This document shows positions 9,160 to 20,682 of a stretch of DNA of 23,497 nt, in pieces (the stretch's first letter is position 1; each line of letters opens with the position of its first letter). Made by a program: the position numbers and the translations under genes. The DNA is taken from NCBI GenBank assembly GCA_963788655.1, contig CAWBHS010000086.1:1-23497 (forward strand), given 5' to 3'. The notes beneath the pieces are model-generated. The model was not told where the DNA came from, made no database searches, and was given only the letters and a program-made list of their open reading frames with translations. Source of the DNA: an uncultured Verrucomicrobiae bacterium. Lineage in GTDB: Bacteria > Verrucomicrobiota > Verrucomicrobiia > Limisphaerales > JAFGQR01.

Positions 9160-11442
9160 CTACGGCTTGAACACTTGCTCCGTTCCTTGAGCCAGCTTCA
9201 GTTCGCGCACTTGGTCGCGATACCGAATCTTACAAGGATTGCCGAGCAATGAGCGGATGGTTGCCTGGGTGAGTTTTCCTGGTTGCCACTCGATGTCGAT
9301 TTCGAAACCGCCGCGGGCGCGCAAACCATGGACACTGCCAGACGGCCAGGCGCTGGGCAAGGCCGGGAGCAGCTCGATTTCACCGGTGTGACTCTGCACC
9401 AGCATCTCGGCAATGCCTGCCGTGCCGCCGAAGTTACCGTCAATCTGGAACGGTGGATGCGCATCAAACAGATTCGGGAAGGTGTTTCCCGCCAGGGCTT
9501 CGCTGAGCATTTTGTACGCATGATCGCCATCCAGGAAACGCGCCCAAAAGTTGATCTTCCAAGCCTTGCTCCAGCCGGTGCCGCCGTCACCGCGAAAGAT
9601 TAACGATTGTTTGGCGGCGGCACTGAGCTTCGGGGTGCCGCGTGGGGTGATGTCCCAGCCGGGATACAATCCCCACAAGTGCGAGACGTGACGGTGCGTG
9701 TTTCGCGGATTGTCTTTGTCTTCGAGCCATTCCTGGAGTTGACCGTATTTGCCGATTTGGTTGGGCGCAATTTGCTGGCGCATTGCCGTGAGTTTGGCGG
9801 CGAACTCCGCGTCCACGCCCAGGATGGCGGCCGCCTGCGCTGTGTAACCAAACAGGCTACGAATAATTTGGTGGTCCATGGTGGGCCCCATTACCAGGCC
9901 GCCGTTCTCGGGTGAATTGGACGGGCCGCTGATCAGCCAGCCCGTTTTGGGGTCTTTGACGAGAAATTCTGTGAAGAACAACGCGGCTTCTTTCATGGCG
10001 GGATAGGCGCGTTGGGCGAGGAAGTCTTTGTCGCCGGTGAACAAGTAATGCTCCCACATTTGATGGCACAACCAGGCGCCGCCCACCACCCAGATGCCGT
10101 GGTTCGCATGGTTGATCGGTGCGGTGCCCCGCCACAGGTCGGTGTTGTGGTGCAACACCCAACCGTCGCAACCGTAATGGGCCCGTGCGGTCTTGCGCCC
10201 GGAGATAACGCAATCCTCGATCATCGCGAACAGCGGTTCGGCGCATTCGGAGAGGTTGCAGACTTCCGACGGCCAGTAGTTCATTTCCGTGTTGATGTTC
10301 ACCGTCCATTTGCTGTCCCACGGCGGGCGGAGTTGCTCGTTCCAAATCCCCTGAAGGTTGGCGGGTTGAGAACCGGGCCGGCTGCTGGCGATCAGCAGGT
10401 AACGTCCGAATTGAAAATAGAGCGCGGCCAGTTGTGGGTCGGGTTCGTCGGCCACGCGTTTGAGACGTTCGTCGGTCGGTAACTTCACCGATTCCGTCGT
10501 GCCCAGGTCAATCGAGACGCGCCGGAACAGTTTTTGGTGATCATGGACATGGTCCTGGCGCAAAGCGGCATAATCCTTGTTGGCCGTCGCCTTCATTACC
10601 GTTGCACAACGAGCCGCTGGATCAGCGCTGATGTCCTGGAAATCCTTGTAACTGCTGGCCGCCGTCAAAATGAGCGTGGCCGAATCCGCATTTTCAACGG
10701 TGATTTCGTCGGCGGAAACGGTGGCTTTCCCGCCGGTGGTTTGAGCCTGGACGCGAGCTTCGAATTTGACGCCCCCCGCTTCGACCTGACCGAAAATGGC
10801 CAACTGGTTGCCGTCACGCAACGCGGTCTGCGCCGAGCGATGCGGACTGGTTAGTCGGGCCGTGAAATTGACGTGGCCGGGTTGATCGGCGGTAATGTGC
10901 CAGACGATTACTTCGTCCGGAAAGCTGGCAAACGCTTCCCGTTAGTACGTCACCTGTCCTGACTGATAGCTGACTTTCGTGATGGCGCTGTCGAGATTGA
11001 GTTCACGCCGGTAGTCCGTGACTGGGGCGGCTGCCGGAAAGGACAGCCGCAAATCGCCGCAAGGTTGGTAAGCCATCTGCCGCAGCGGTACGCTCATGAA
11101 CTCCTTCATCGCCAGGTCTTCCGCGGCGCGTTGTTTGCCTTCGAACAGCAATTGGCGAATGGTGGGCAAGAATTTGACGGCACCTTCGTGTTGATATTCG
11201 TGCGGGTGGCCGGTCCAGATTGTATCTTCGTTGAATTGGAGCCGTTCCTCGTCCACGCCGCCAAAGACCATGGCGCCCAGCCGGCCATTGCCAATCGGCA
11301 GGGCTTCCACCCATTTTTGGGCCGGACCGCGATACCACAAACTCAACGATTCCGCCGCCGGCGCGGCTCTGCCTACAAGTTCGCCGAGGAGGAGCAAACC
11401 GGTCACGGAGATGGTGCTAAACAGAGTGAATTTGCCATTCAT
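9160..11442 (-). CDS. Glycoside hydrolase family 95 (alpha-L-fucosidase-like) with signal peptide; in-frame TAA at 10942-10944
   Basis: [40 protein letters not shown] (same frame), [58 protein letters not shown]. Confidence 0.93.
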
Positions 11443-11655
11443 GAATACGCTCTCGATTTCAGGCCATTGTCTGGTGGCCATTGCAGTTCGTTAAAGTGAA
11501 TACGGTTTTTTACCTGGGTTTCTATGGAAGCACAATGAAGGATTGAAGCGGATGAAGTGCGTGGTGTGCGCCTTCGCCAACCCTGGACGCATCTGATCGT
11601 TACGCCAGCGCCGGTATTCTGGAGCGGCGTGAAGCTATTCGGCGCAGTCAGCGCC

Positions 11656-11777
11656 TGGAGTGCGTCCGGCTTGCCGGCGCTTTCGGGAGGGGTAAGGCGG
11701 TCAAACATCTTTCACGCTACTCTGTTATTTATGCGCCTCACCTCCAACGAAAGCGGGAGCAAGCTCCACGCACTCCA
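11656..11777. repeat. GGAG-type REP-like inverted doublet
   Basis: 30-nt arms at 11656-11685 and 11748-11777 are 24/30 identical in inverted orientation, and each arm has its own hairpin. Confidence 0.8.
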
Positions 11778-11850
11778 AATGCTTTGCGATGTTCGTTGGC
11801 AAGGAGACATTGTAGCACCACCCAACCGTGTTTGAGCATCTGTTTTCCGC

Positions 11851-11889
11851 CATCCGGTATCCGGCATCCGGCATCGGGTATCTCGCATC
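11851..11889. repeat. Heptamer tandem repeat (CATCCGG, ~5.5 units)
   Basis: catccgg tatccgg catccgg catcggg tatctcg catc, just past the stop at 11901. Confidence 0.75.
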
Positions 11890-11900
11890 AGTATCCCCTT

Positions 11901-14900
11901 TCACTTCTCATCCGCGCCAATGTCCGGATGTTCTCCACGCGGTTGATCGTCAATGTCACGCGGCGCTTCCGGCAGCAATACGCCTTGGCCGATAACCGCA
12001 GCGTTCGATGTCTTGAGGTGCAGATCGCCTTGGGCGGCATCCACAAAGTCAGCGGCGAAATCGCCGGCCAGATTTTCGTGCAAGTCCATCCAATTGGGCG
12101 ATTCATTTCGGAGGCCCGGTCCCGCCAGCAGGTTGTTGGCAACCACGAGCCCCTCGTTATCGTGAACCAACCGGATCAAGCGGCCCAGACGGTTGGTGGG
12201 ATCACAAATCGTGTTGTGGACGATGCGGCAATCGCGCGTGTGATCGGCCAGCAGACCCGTCTCCGGCGCGCGGGTGATGAAGTTATTGCGCACCATACAC
12301 CGCGTGGCGTGCGTCGGCACCTCGGCCGGACGGTGCGAGTTGCCCAGGGCAATGCCCACGTCGCAATCGATGATGACGTTACGTTCCACCGTGCAACCTT
12401 CCGCTTCGTGCCAGAGGAAGACTGCACCCCGCGCTTCGCGTGTGCGGCCTTGAATGCCCCAAAACACGTTGTCGCTGATGATCCAATCCTGCGCATACAT
12501 CACATCGATGCCACCAATGTAATTGCCGTGGAAATTATCAGGGGTGTCGGCGGGGTCATCGGATACCGCTTGGGCCGGTCGTTGTAGAAAAGGCAGTACT
12601 GGATGCGGCAGTTTTTGGGTCGCGTCGCTGCCCGATTCTGCGGCGGGATCTTCACGCCTTTCACTGCGCGCTGCCATACGTTGTGCAGCACGCAGTTGTA
12701 AAGCGTCACCCGCTGCACGCCGGTATTCGAGTTCAGCTTAACGCCGTTCCACCGGACGTTCTGAATGGTCAGGTCGGCGATGGTCGCCCCGGCGCAACGG
12801 GTGATGCCGAGCAATTCGCCGTGAGAACTTTGGCTGCCGTCCAAAATCACCCGGTCCCGCTGACCGGACGCACCGCGCAACGTCACATTGTCGGTATGGA
12901 TTTCGACGTAGCGTGGCATGAAATAATGGCCATCGGCCACGAGAATTGTCGTGCCTGCTGCGGCATTCCCAATGGCCTCGACCAGTTCATCGACGGTGGT
13001 CACGCGAACCGTTTTTCCGCTCGGCGCCGGCAGCGGTGGTGCCGAAGGAACCCATGCAGGGACTGCTGACGCGGATGGGGAGCGTTCGAGTTCGCCGCGT
13101 TCCTTTGGCGGCGCAACGTTGCTGGCAACGGCGAGTTCAATCCATTCGTTGACCGGTTCGGCGCTCGTCGTGATGGTGTATTCGCCCGCTGCCGTGAGTT
13201 CGACTTGATTGGTCTTTTGCTGCCCAGCTTCTTTCCAGGCCTGAGTTACCTTCACCGGGCTGGGGCGGCGACTCACGTCCGCCACGCAATGCGCATACAA
13301 CCGAATGTTGTTCACGGCCGGGTCACCGACGTAACGCACAAAGACGCTGCGTGCCGGTTCATCAAGCTTAACCTCCCGATCCACGTTGTAGTGCCAATGG
13401 CTTTGATCGGTGGGAATCGCGGCACGGTAGATTTCCCTGAATCCTTCCGGTTGCTCGACCGCGTAGGCCATGGTGTTGTGAGTCTTCGTGGCTTCCGCTT
13501 GTTGGTAGGTGGCAAAACTCGCGCCGGCCGAGAACCATGCAATCTTCGTGGCGGGCGGGGCATCGATACGGGCGATGAATGGCCCGCGAATTCGGCTGGT
13601 CCGCCGTGCGGGATCGTAGTCTGCGGGTGGCGCCACAAGATGTTTCAAAAAGTCTTTGGGATTGCCGGCACTCGGGCTGATTTCCACGACTCGGCTGTCG
13701 AGCCCGTAATGATCACCGGTGACATAACGCATCGCGTTGCGGCCCTTCCGCAGCGCTGGCAGGGAGGCCGGATGCACCTGCACCCAGGTGGTGATTTCGA
13801 ATTGGCGCAGGCATGCGGAAAATGGATCGCCCTGCAATTCGACTTTGAGCAGGTATCCGTAAGTTCCGGCCACCTGCGGCGTCAGGTCCAATGGTGCTTT
13901 TGCGTCGCCCAGATCCTGCCAGGACAATCCGTTGTCACGTGACAGCCACAGCCGGGCGCCAGTGGCGTCGAGCTTGACCGCCGACGCTTCGCGGTCATCG
14001 TCCGTACGTTCCAGATCGCCGACCAACGGCACGATCACATACGGCGTGCGGACCTCGAAGATCGCGTAGCCTTTGCCGGGGCGGATCAGCGTCAAACCCT
14101 CGGGGCTGGGTTGAACATTGTCCGCGTCATAAACACCGTCCGCAAAATCCGTCGAGCCGCTGGCGAGATTCGGACGATAAACCAACCGTCCGTTCCCGTG
14201 CGTGTACACCGTGAAACTCGGATGTTTGCACTTCGGACCCCGGGGGGCCTGTTCCAGGAGATTTCGCGGAAACGGTTTGGTGTTGTAGGAAGGATGGTGG
14301 TTCCAACGCCCACCCTGAGGCTGCCACCAGCGCGTGAAGGTTTCGCCCTGGCGCAGGACCAAATCCATGGTGTGTCCGCCGGAACTGAATCCATACCGAT
14401 GCTCGACTGCGGTCTTCGCATAAACCTGGCGAACATGATTCAGGTCGTCCATCGGAAAGAACCTCGGCCCATTGGGTCGTTGCCAAAGCGACGTGTCGTG
14501 CTGCGCGTCCGCCAGCGAAGCCAGGGAACCATCCGGGCGCCGGAATACTGCGCGCACGTCCAGGTCAAGGTAATGCCATCGGCCGTCGTAAAACACCTCG
14601 GATGCCACATGGTTCCAGCCCGGCAGAATGAGCGTGCGCGCCGGACCAATGCCCATGCCTTCCATAATGCCCGCCATAGTCGGTCCCAACGTGCCACAAT
14701 GGCCGATGGGATAGACGTTCAGCATCTTCACTGGATCGCGCACCGCGCTGTATTCGGTCATTTCCTCCGGGCCTTCCCGGGCGGGCACGCCCATGGGATA
14801 AAGGCCGGTATGTGGATCGGTCAGGTATTCGAAGATGCGGTACACTTTGGCGTCGCCCCGGAGGTCCTTCCAGCCGGCAAAATCGGCAAAGGTCTTCAGG

Positions 14901-15034
14901 CTATACGTATCGGCCTGGTGCGCGGGGATGACGCGCGGTGAAAAGACCGCGGCGGGAACGGCCAGGCATCCGGCCAGCAAGAGAATCGCCGTGGCCGGCG
15001 CGCGGGAGATGAGTTGGACGGGCGGTGGTTGCAT
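11901..15034 (-). CDS. Large secreted protein: transglutaminase-like N-terminal region + C-terminal right-handed beta-helix domain; apparent frameshift ~12562
   Basis: Hydrophobic signal ILLLAGCLAVPAA; GHCG, NHVASEVFYDGRWHYLD; Pro/Ala linker; TILVADGHY, NVTLRGASG, TIADLTIQN, ISDNVF, VERNVI, VRNNFI, IVHNTI, PDIGADE. Track ORFs 12500-15034 and 11901-12677 join at RPKRY/DDPADTP. Confidence 0.8.
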
Positions 15035-15189
15035 GGTTGATTACCTACGTTCGCGCGCGACCTTGGGCAAGCGGCAAATACTCTGCCCTTGGACCCGGTC
15101 CCGATTGGCTCGCGACAAGCCACTTGCGTTACCCCGGTCTTTCTTGCAGGATGCCATTCAATTTTACGGGACTTGAGTATATTAAGGCC

Positions 15190-15321
15190 ATGCTGAACCT
15201 GACCAAACAGCAACAGCTCGTGATCTGCACGGTGGTTTTGTTGTTGCTGTTGGGCTGGACGGTTAAGGCCTGGCGGGCCGCGCATCCGTCTCGGTCGGCC
15301 CCGGTTTTGGTCAGTGAGTAA
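15190..15321 (+). CDS. Small single-pass membrane protein (43 aa)
   Basis: MLNLTKQQQLVICTVVLLLLLGWTVKAWR...: one hydrophobic helix; stop lies 7 nt before the next ATG. Confidence 0.6.
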   Translation: MLNLTKQQQLVICTVVLLLLLGWTVKAWRAAHPSRSAPVLVSE

Positions 15322-15328
15322 CGTCTGT

Positions 15329-15757
15329 ATGCAAGCTGTTGATTTCGAAGAAACGTTGGAAAAGATTATTGCCACCGACCCGCGGTATGACCGCGAGGCC
15401 TATCAATTTGTCCGTGAAGCCCTGGACCATACCCAAGAGCACTTGGTTAAGAGCAACAAGGGCGCGGTCCGGCATGTCACTGGTCAGGAATTGCTGGAGG
15501 GCATTCGCAATTACGGCTTGGAACAGTACGGCCCGATGACGCTGACGGTCCTTGAGGAATGGGGCGTCCACAGCGGGGAGGATTTCGGCGAGATCGTCTT
15601 CAACATGGTCGAAGCCGGTTTGCTCGGCAAGACCGAGCAGGACCACCGGGACGATTTCAAGGGGGGCTATAACTTCTTCGAGGCGTTCCGGCGTCCGTTC
15701 ATTCCTGAAGTCCTGATTCAGAAGCCGGGGCCGCAGACCAAACCGTCCAAAGTTTGA
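15329..15757 (+). CDS. Minf_1886 family (Planctomycetes/Verrucomicrobia-restricted, TIGR04138-like) protein
   Basis: DPRYDREAYQFVREALDHT, RHVTGQELLEGIR, EWGVHSGEDFGEIVFNMV, LLGKTEQD..DDF. Confidence 0.85.
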   Translation: MQAVDFEETLEKIIATDPRYDREAYQFVREALDHTQEHLVKSNKGAVRHVTGQELLEGIRNYGLEQYGPMTLTVLEEWGVHSGEDFGEIVFNMVEAGLLGKTEQDHRDDFKGGYNFFEAFRRPFIPEVLIQKPGPQTKPSKV

Positions 15758-15844
15758 ACGCCCCAATCCGCCAGGGAGAAACTTCCGTTAAGTCCGCATT
15801 ATCCACCACCGCGCGGCTTGTCAAGTTGCCCCACTGTTGATTTT

Positions 15845-18418
15845 ATGGCTAATACCGCCCGCAAAACCGCCGCCCCTAAACCGTTCGCCTCGCTGCCGGC
15901 CATTCCGCCCGGGGTGCGCATGATCACGCTCGACAACGGGCTAACCCTCATCCTTTGCGAAGACCATAGCGCGCCGGTGGTGTCGGCGCAGGCCTGGTGC
16001 AAGGCCGGGAGCATTGACGAAGGGAAATGGCTGGGCGCGGGCCTGTCCCATGTCCTTGAACACATGCTGTTCAAAGGCACCACGACCCGCGGCGCGGGCC
16101 GGATTGACCAGGAAGTGCAGGATGCCGGCGGCTACATGAATGCCTACACCTCCTTTGACCGGACCGTGTTCTGGATCAATGTCCCGAACACCGGCGCGCG
16201 GGTGGCCATCGACATCCTGTGCGACATCATGCAAAACGCCACGCTGCCGGGGGCGGAGTTGGCCAAGGAAATGGATGTGATCCGCCGGGAGATGGACATG
16301 AGCCACGACGATCCCGGCCAACGTTCGGCGCGCCGTTTGTTCGAGACGGCCTACATGCGCAGCCCGTACCGGTTTACGATCATTGGCTACCCGGACATTT
16401 TCAACGAAGTGAAGCGCGCGGATATTGCAGCGTATTACCGCGAGAAGTATGCGCCGAACAACACGTTCTTTGTGGTCGTGGGCGACGTGAATGCCGCCGA
16501 GGTCGAGGAGCAAATCCGCCAGGCTTACGTCAAGAGACGGGCCCGCCCCCTGCCACCGTCCGTGCTACCGGAGGAACCTCGCCAGACTGCCGCCCGCGAA
16601 GTCATCGAAGAAGCGCCCATCGAGATGGGCTATCTGCACTTTAGCTGGCACATTCCGGAAGTCCGCCATCCGGACGTGCCGTTGCTGGACGTGCTGGCAG
16701 TGTTGCTCGGCAGCGGGCGCAGTTCGCGGCTGTTTCAACGGGTGCGCGAAAAGCAGGGCCTGGTCAATTACGTGGACGCCTGGACCTATAGTCCCGGCAG
16801 CCAGGGGCTCTTTGGCATGAGCGCGTTGGTGGAACCGGACAAATTCGACGCCGCGCGCCGGGCGATGCTGGGCGAGCTGGACCAGATGAAAACCGGCCGC
16901 ATTCCGACGGCCGAATTGTCCAAGGCCGTGAAACAATTCACCTCGGCCATGCTGGCTACCCGCAAGACCATGCAAGGCCAGGCGCAGGATCTGGGTGGCA
17001 GTTGGCTGGCGGCGGGCGACCTTAATTTCTCCGGGCGCTACCTCGAGGCGGTCAAGCGCGCCACGCCCGCCGCGCTCCAGCGGGTGGCCCGCGACTATCT
17101 CACGGTTGAAAACCGCACGTTGTACGCCCTGTTGCCCGTCGGTCAGGCGCCCAAGTATGCGCACACGGCGGTGGTGTTGGAAGAGCACCCGATCCAGAAA
17201 TTTGTTTTACCCAACGGACTGCGATTGCTTGTCAAGGAGGACCATCGCCTGCCGTTTGTGGAATTGCGCGCGGTGTTTCAAGGAGGCGTGTTGACGGAAA
17301 TTCCCGCGACCAACGGTCTGACAATGCTGACCGCCAAGTCGCTCTTGAAGGGCACCCCGGGCCGGACCGACGCGCAAATCGCGACCGAGATCGAGTCGCT
17401 GGGCGGTCACATCGAAAGTTATGGGGGCAACAACAGTGTGGGCGTCAATCTGGAAGTCTTGCGCGGCGATTTCGCAACCGGCTTGGACTTGTTGGCGGAT
17501 GTGCTCCGGCGGCCGCTCTTCCCGCGGGACGCCGTGGAGCGGGAGCGCCAGATTCAACTGGCCGGCATTCGTGCGCAAAAGGACGAATTGCTTCCCACCG
17601 CGCTACGGTTGATGCGGCGGGGCCTGTTCGGGGAACGCGGCTATGGCCTGCACGCCAACGGCACCGAAACCAGCGTCCAGGCGCTGGGCGTGAAGGACGT
17701 CCGGGCGATGCACCGGCGGTTGGTGGTGCCGAACAATTGTGTGTTGGCGATCTTTGGCGATCTCCCGGCGAGCGTGGTCCGGGCGGCCGTGGCCCGAAAA
17801 CTCAGCGTCTGGCGCCCGGGCGAGGTTGTGCAGACGGACGGTCCAGGCAAAACAATCCGGCGGCTGCCCCGGCGGTTGGTTGAAACGCGCGACAAGAAGC
17901 AAGCGGTCCTGGCGATTGGTTTTCCCGGAACGACGCTGTTTGATCCGGACCGCTTTGCGCTGGAACTGTTGCAAGAGGCGTGCAGCGATTTGGGATCCCG
18001 TCTATTCATGCGCATCCGCGAAAAACTGGGCTTGGCCTACTACGTCGGGGCGCAGCACTTGCCCGGGCTGGTGCCGGGTTATTTTGCGTTCTACGTCGGC
18101 ACCGAACCCGGCAAGGTGGCGAAGGTTGAACAGGAGTTGCTGGCTGAAGCCGCGACGATGCGCCGGAACGGATTATCCTCCGAAGAACTCCGACGGGCCA
18201 AAGCCAAAGTGATTGGCCAAAAGAAGATCGCCCGCCAGGACCTGGGCCACGTAGCGATGAACAGCGCCCTGGACGAGCTTTACGGTTTGGGCTTTGCCTA
18301 TAGCGATACGGAGGACGCCCAATACGAAGCGGTGACCGTGGAACAGACCAAAGCGGTGGCGAAAAAATATCTGCGACCGGACGCGCTGGTGATCGCATTG
18401 GTCCAGCCTCCCAAATGA
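15845..18418 (+). CDS. M16 (pitrilysin/PqqL-like) zinc peptidase with both halves fused
   Basis: TLDNGL, GLSHVLEHMLFKGT (HxxEH), NAYTSFDRT, GRSSRLFQRVRE; a second LPNGL repeat lacking HxxEH; SRLFMRIREKLGLAYYV. Confidence 0.93.
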   Translation: MANTARKTAAPKPFASLPAIPPGVRMITLDNGLTLILCEDHSAPVVSAQAWCKAGSIDEGKWLGAGLSHVLEHMLFKGTTTRGAGRIDQEVQDAGGYMNAYTSFDRTVFWINVPNTGARVAIDILCDIMQNATLPGAELAKEMDVIRREMDMSHDDPGQRSARRLFETAYMRSPYRFTIIGYPDIFNEVKRADIAAYYREKYAPNNTFFVVVGDVNAAEVEEQIRQAYVKRRARPLPPSVLPEEPRQTAAREVIEEAPIEMGYLHFSWHIPEVRHPDVPLLDVLAVLLGSGRSSRLFQRVREKQGLVNYVDAWTYSPGSQGLFGMSALVEPDKFDAARRAMLGELDQMKTGRIPTAELSKAVKQFTSAMLATRKTMQGQAQDLGGSWLAAGDLNFSGRYLEAVKRATPAALQRVARDYLTVENRTLYALLPVGQAPKYAHTAVVLEEHPIQKFVLPNGLRLLVKEDHRLPFVELRAVFQGGVLTEIPATNGLTMLTAKSLLKGTPGRTDAQIATEIESLGGHIESYGGNNSVGVNLEVLRGDFATGLDLLADVLRRPLFPRDAVERERQIQLAGIRAQKDELLPTALRLMRRGLFGERGYGLHANGTETSVQALGVKDVRAMHRRLVVPNNCVLAIFGDLPASVVRAAVARKLSVWRPGEVVQTDGPGKTIRRLPRRLVETRDKKQAVLAIGFPGTTLFDPDRFALELLQEACSDLGSRLFMRIREKLGLAYYVGAQHLPGLVPGYFAFYVGTEPGKVAKVEQELLAEAATMRRNGLSSEELRRAKAKVIGQKKIARQDLGHVAMNSALDELYGLGFAYSDTEDAQYEAVTVEQTKAVAKKYLRPDALVIALVQPPK

Positions 18419-18437
18419 CTTTTTCCACACCCTCACC

Positions 18438-18507
18438 ATAGCCGCCGATGTGAGGAGGCGGCCCCGAGGTAACTGATCTTGTTCCGCCGCCTCACGTCGG
18501 CGGCTAC
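18438..18507. repeat. GTAG-type REP-like inverted repeat, copy 2 (same family as 8997-9082)
   Basis: Arms atagccgccgatgtgaggaggcgg (18438-18461) and ccgccgcctcacgtcggcggctac (18484-18507), 21/24, about 20 nt after the peptidase stop. Confidence 0.8.
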
Positions 18508-19593
18508 AACTTTTCGGCTGTTTGAGTGTAAGCGTTAACGGAGGTGCGTGGGGGGCACTAGGCGCAATGCCTCTAAGAAATTCATGCAGTTGCGTGAGTA
18601 ATTTCATACTGAGCGGCTCCCCTTTGATAGGTGTTTCTCAACAGCCTGGGCCAACTACTCACGGGCTGACGGAGTTCACGGGGACACGACCGCTGCCGAC
18701 GTTTAGGGATCGCCCGTTGCGCGATCAATCGAAGCGTTCGCCGGACTACCTTCCTCACCTGGTCTGCCGTAAGGATTCCTTCAGAGACCTCCAGGAAGTG
18801 CCACAACCCGCGTACCAAGTGCAGGGTCTTCGAGAAGCTGATCCGCAACACCGCGACCTCGCCAACCTTGGCCGCCTTGATCCGCTCGTCCACCAGAACC
18901 GCGTAAGCCAGATTCAAGGCCGCGATCTCCTGCGCCGCTGTTATCTGGGTGTGACTTTGCAGGAGAAGACTCGATCGCATGTCGCCCTTCAGTTCCTTGT
19001 AGAAGATCTCTTGCTCCCAGCGCCGAGCATACAACGCCAGCAACTCCTCAGCGGGGTGTTTCTTCCAGTCCAGCAAGCTGGTCCACAGCCGCACGGTGCT
19101 CCACTTGCCTCGCCCGCGTCGTACCCGCCCCACAATCTCGCGCACCAAGCATGTCTTCTTACCTTGCTTGATTTCGACCAGCGCGCTCCCGTCTTTATAC
19201 GCCTCCACCACTCGCACCTTGAGGTTGCGCCGCACCCGCAGCAGGAACTCCCGGCCGCCCTCCGGATACCGTTCGGCAATCTTCAGCACCAGACTAGGCA
19301 CGCCGTAGTAGCGATCACTGAGCCACAAACTCATCTCCGGCAACTCATGGATCAGGTAATGGGCCAGCGCCATCTCCGACTCCCCCGCCGGTCCGATGGC
19401 GGCCCCAATGGGATTGTGCAAGCCCAGTTCGACCAACGTAACCACGCCGACCTTGGCAAACGCGGCCTTCCGACGCCGACTGACCGCCTTGGTCATGGTC
19501 TTCTTGACTTGCGGGGTATTGGCCACCGAAAAGCTGCTGCCGTCGGTCCCACACAAACGCAACCCCTGATAGAACGCCTCGGGATGTTCTTTG

Positions 19594-20682
19594 CATGCCT
19601 ATCCGGTTGCTTGCCAAGTCTTCAGGCCAACGGGTGAACCCACTTTCCGGAATATAATTCCTCGTAGGTCGGCGGCACTGCCCGCACGACCAAGCCGAGC
19701 ACGGAATTGAAGGCCGTCATCGGGTAGAAGCGCCGATTGAAGCGGAACACGTATTCGTTCAGATATGCTTGGAGGTGTTGCTGGCTAACGCCGTGGTGGG
19801 TTCCCAAGAGCCATGTCTTGAGATTGGCGAAGACGATGTGGATCATGGGCAGGTGTTCATCAGTCTTCTCCGGGTCACCATCCAGCACAACCGCTTCGTG
19901 GTCGTAGCCGAGCTTTGCGAGACCATCGTAACCTTGCCAGCCATCGGTTCGGACAGTTGCACCCTTCGAGACAGTCTCTTTGACAAACGCGGTGAGGTCT
20001 TCGGCGCCACGACCTGACACCAGGCGCAACCGAAGTCGCCCGGCGTAAACCGCACGCTTAAGCGGCTTGCCTTCACTCCTTTGGGCGGTGCGATCCTTGC
20101 CCTCACGGCGTGGACGCACCTCAACGGCCCCAACAACTGTCGCCTTGTGATGAATGCCCCGACCTTCGCCACGCGTGCGCCCACCAATCAACGTCTCGTC
20201 AATCTCGACGGGGTATTGCCCTCCGATGGTGTCGCGGTCGGGTCGCACCATTCCGGCTCGCAGCTTGTGAAGGGTCTGGAAAGCCGTCTCATACCGGCTG
20301 ATATCAAGCTGGCGCTGAAACTGGAGGGCGGACTGCCCTGGCGTCTGGGTCGTCACGAGATACGCGCCCCAGAACCACAGCGAGAGGGGCATGTGGCTAG
20401 ACTGCATGACGGTGCCTGCCGTAAGCGACACATTCGTCCTGCAACTTCGGCACCGGAGGACAACAGATGATCGCTTCGGGAAACGATACGGCTCCCCGGT
20501 CGCCCCACACTTGGGACAGGTGAACCCGTCCGGCCAACGCAGCTTCTCAAGATAGGCCGCGCAGGCTGCGTCGCTCGGGAAAACCCGTTGGAATTCTGGC
20601 AGGTTGGTAGGAAAGCCTCGCGGATCCATGTCCGTGAAATTATCACCGCTTAGGCGGTTTGGCAAGCAACCGGATAGGCATG
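19594..20682 (-). mobile_element. IS1595-family element, 1089 bp
   Basis: Perfect 24-bp TIRs catgcctatccggttgcttgccaa (19594-19617, 20659-20682); 8-bp TSD gttctttg at 19586-19593 and 20683-20690. Confidence 0.97.
19622..20629 (-). CDS. IS1595-family (ISXO2-like) transposase, 335 aa
   Basis: RWPDGFTCPKCG..RCRSCR zinc ribbon, SLTAGTVM, VEIDETLIGG, VRTDGWQGY, GTHHGVS..HLQAYLNEYVFRFNRR. Confidence 0.96.
   Translation of the reverse strand: MDPRGFPTNLPEFQRVFPSDAACAAYLEKLRWPDGFTCPKCGATGEPYRFPKRSSVVLRCRSCRTNVSLTAGTVMQSSHMPLSLWFWGAYLVTTQTPGQSALQFQRQLDISRYETAFQTLHKLRAGMVRPDRDTIGGQYPVEIDETLIGGRTRGEGRGIHHKATVVGAVEVRPRREGKDRTAQRSEGKPLKRAVYAGRLRLRLVSGRGAEDLTAFVKETVSKGATVRTDGWQGYDGLAKLGYDHEAVVLDGDPEKTDEHLPMIHIVFANLKTWLLGTHHGVSQQHLQAYLNEYVFRFNRRFYPMTAFNSVLGLVVRAVPPTYEELYSGKWVHPLA

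Noticed and set aside
18522..19637. Long plus-strand ORF (371 aa) and similar antisense ORFs (387-1271, 4678-5439, 7592-8446, 14111-14941)
   Set aside because: Shadow ORFs opposite well-supported genes in GC-rich DNA, with no recognisable motifs.
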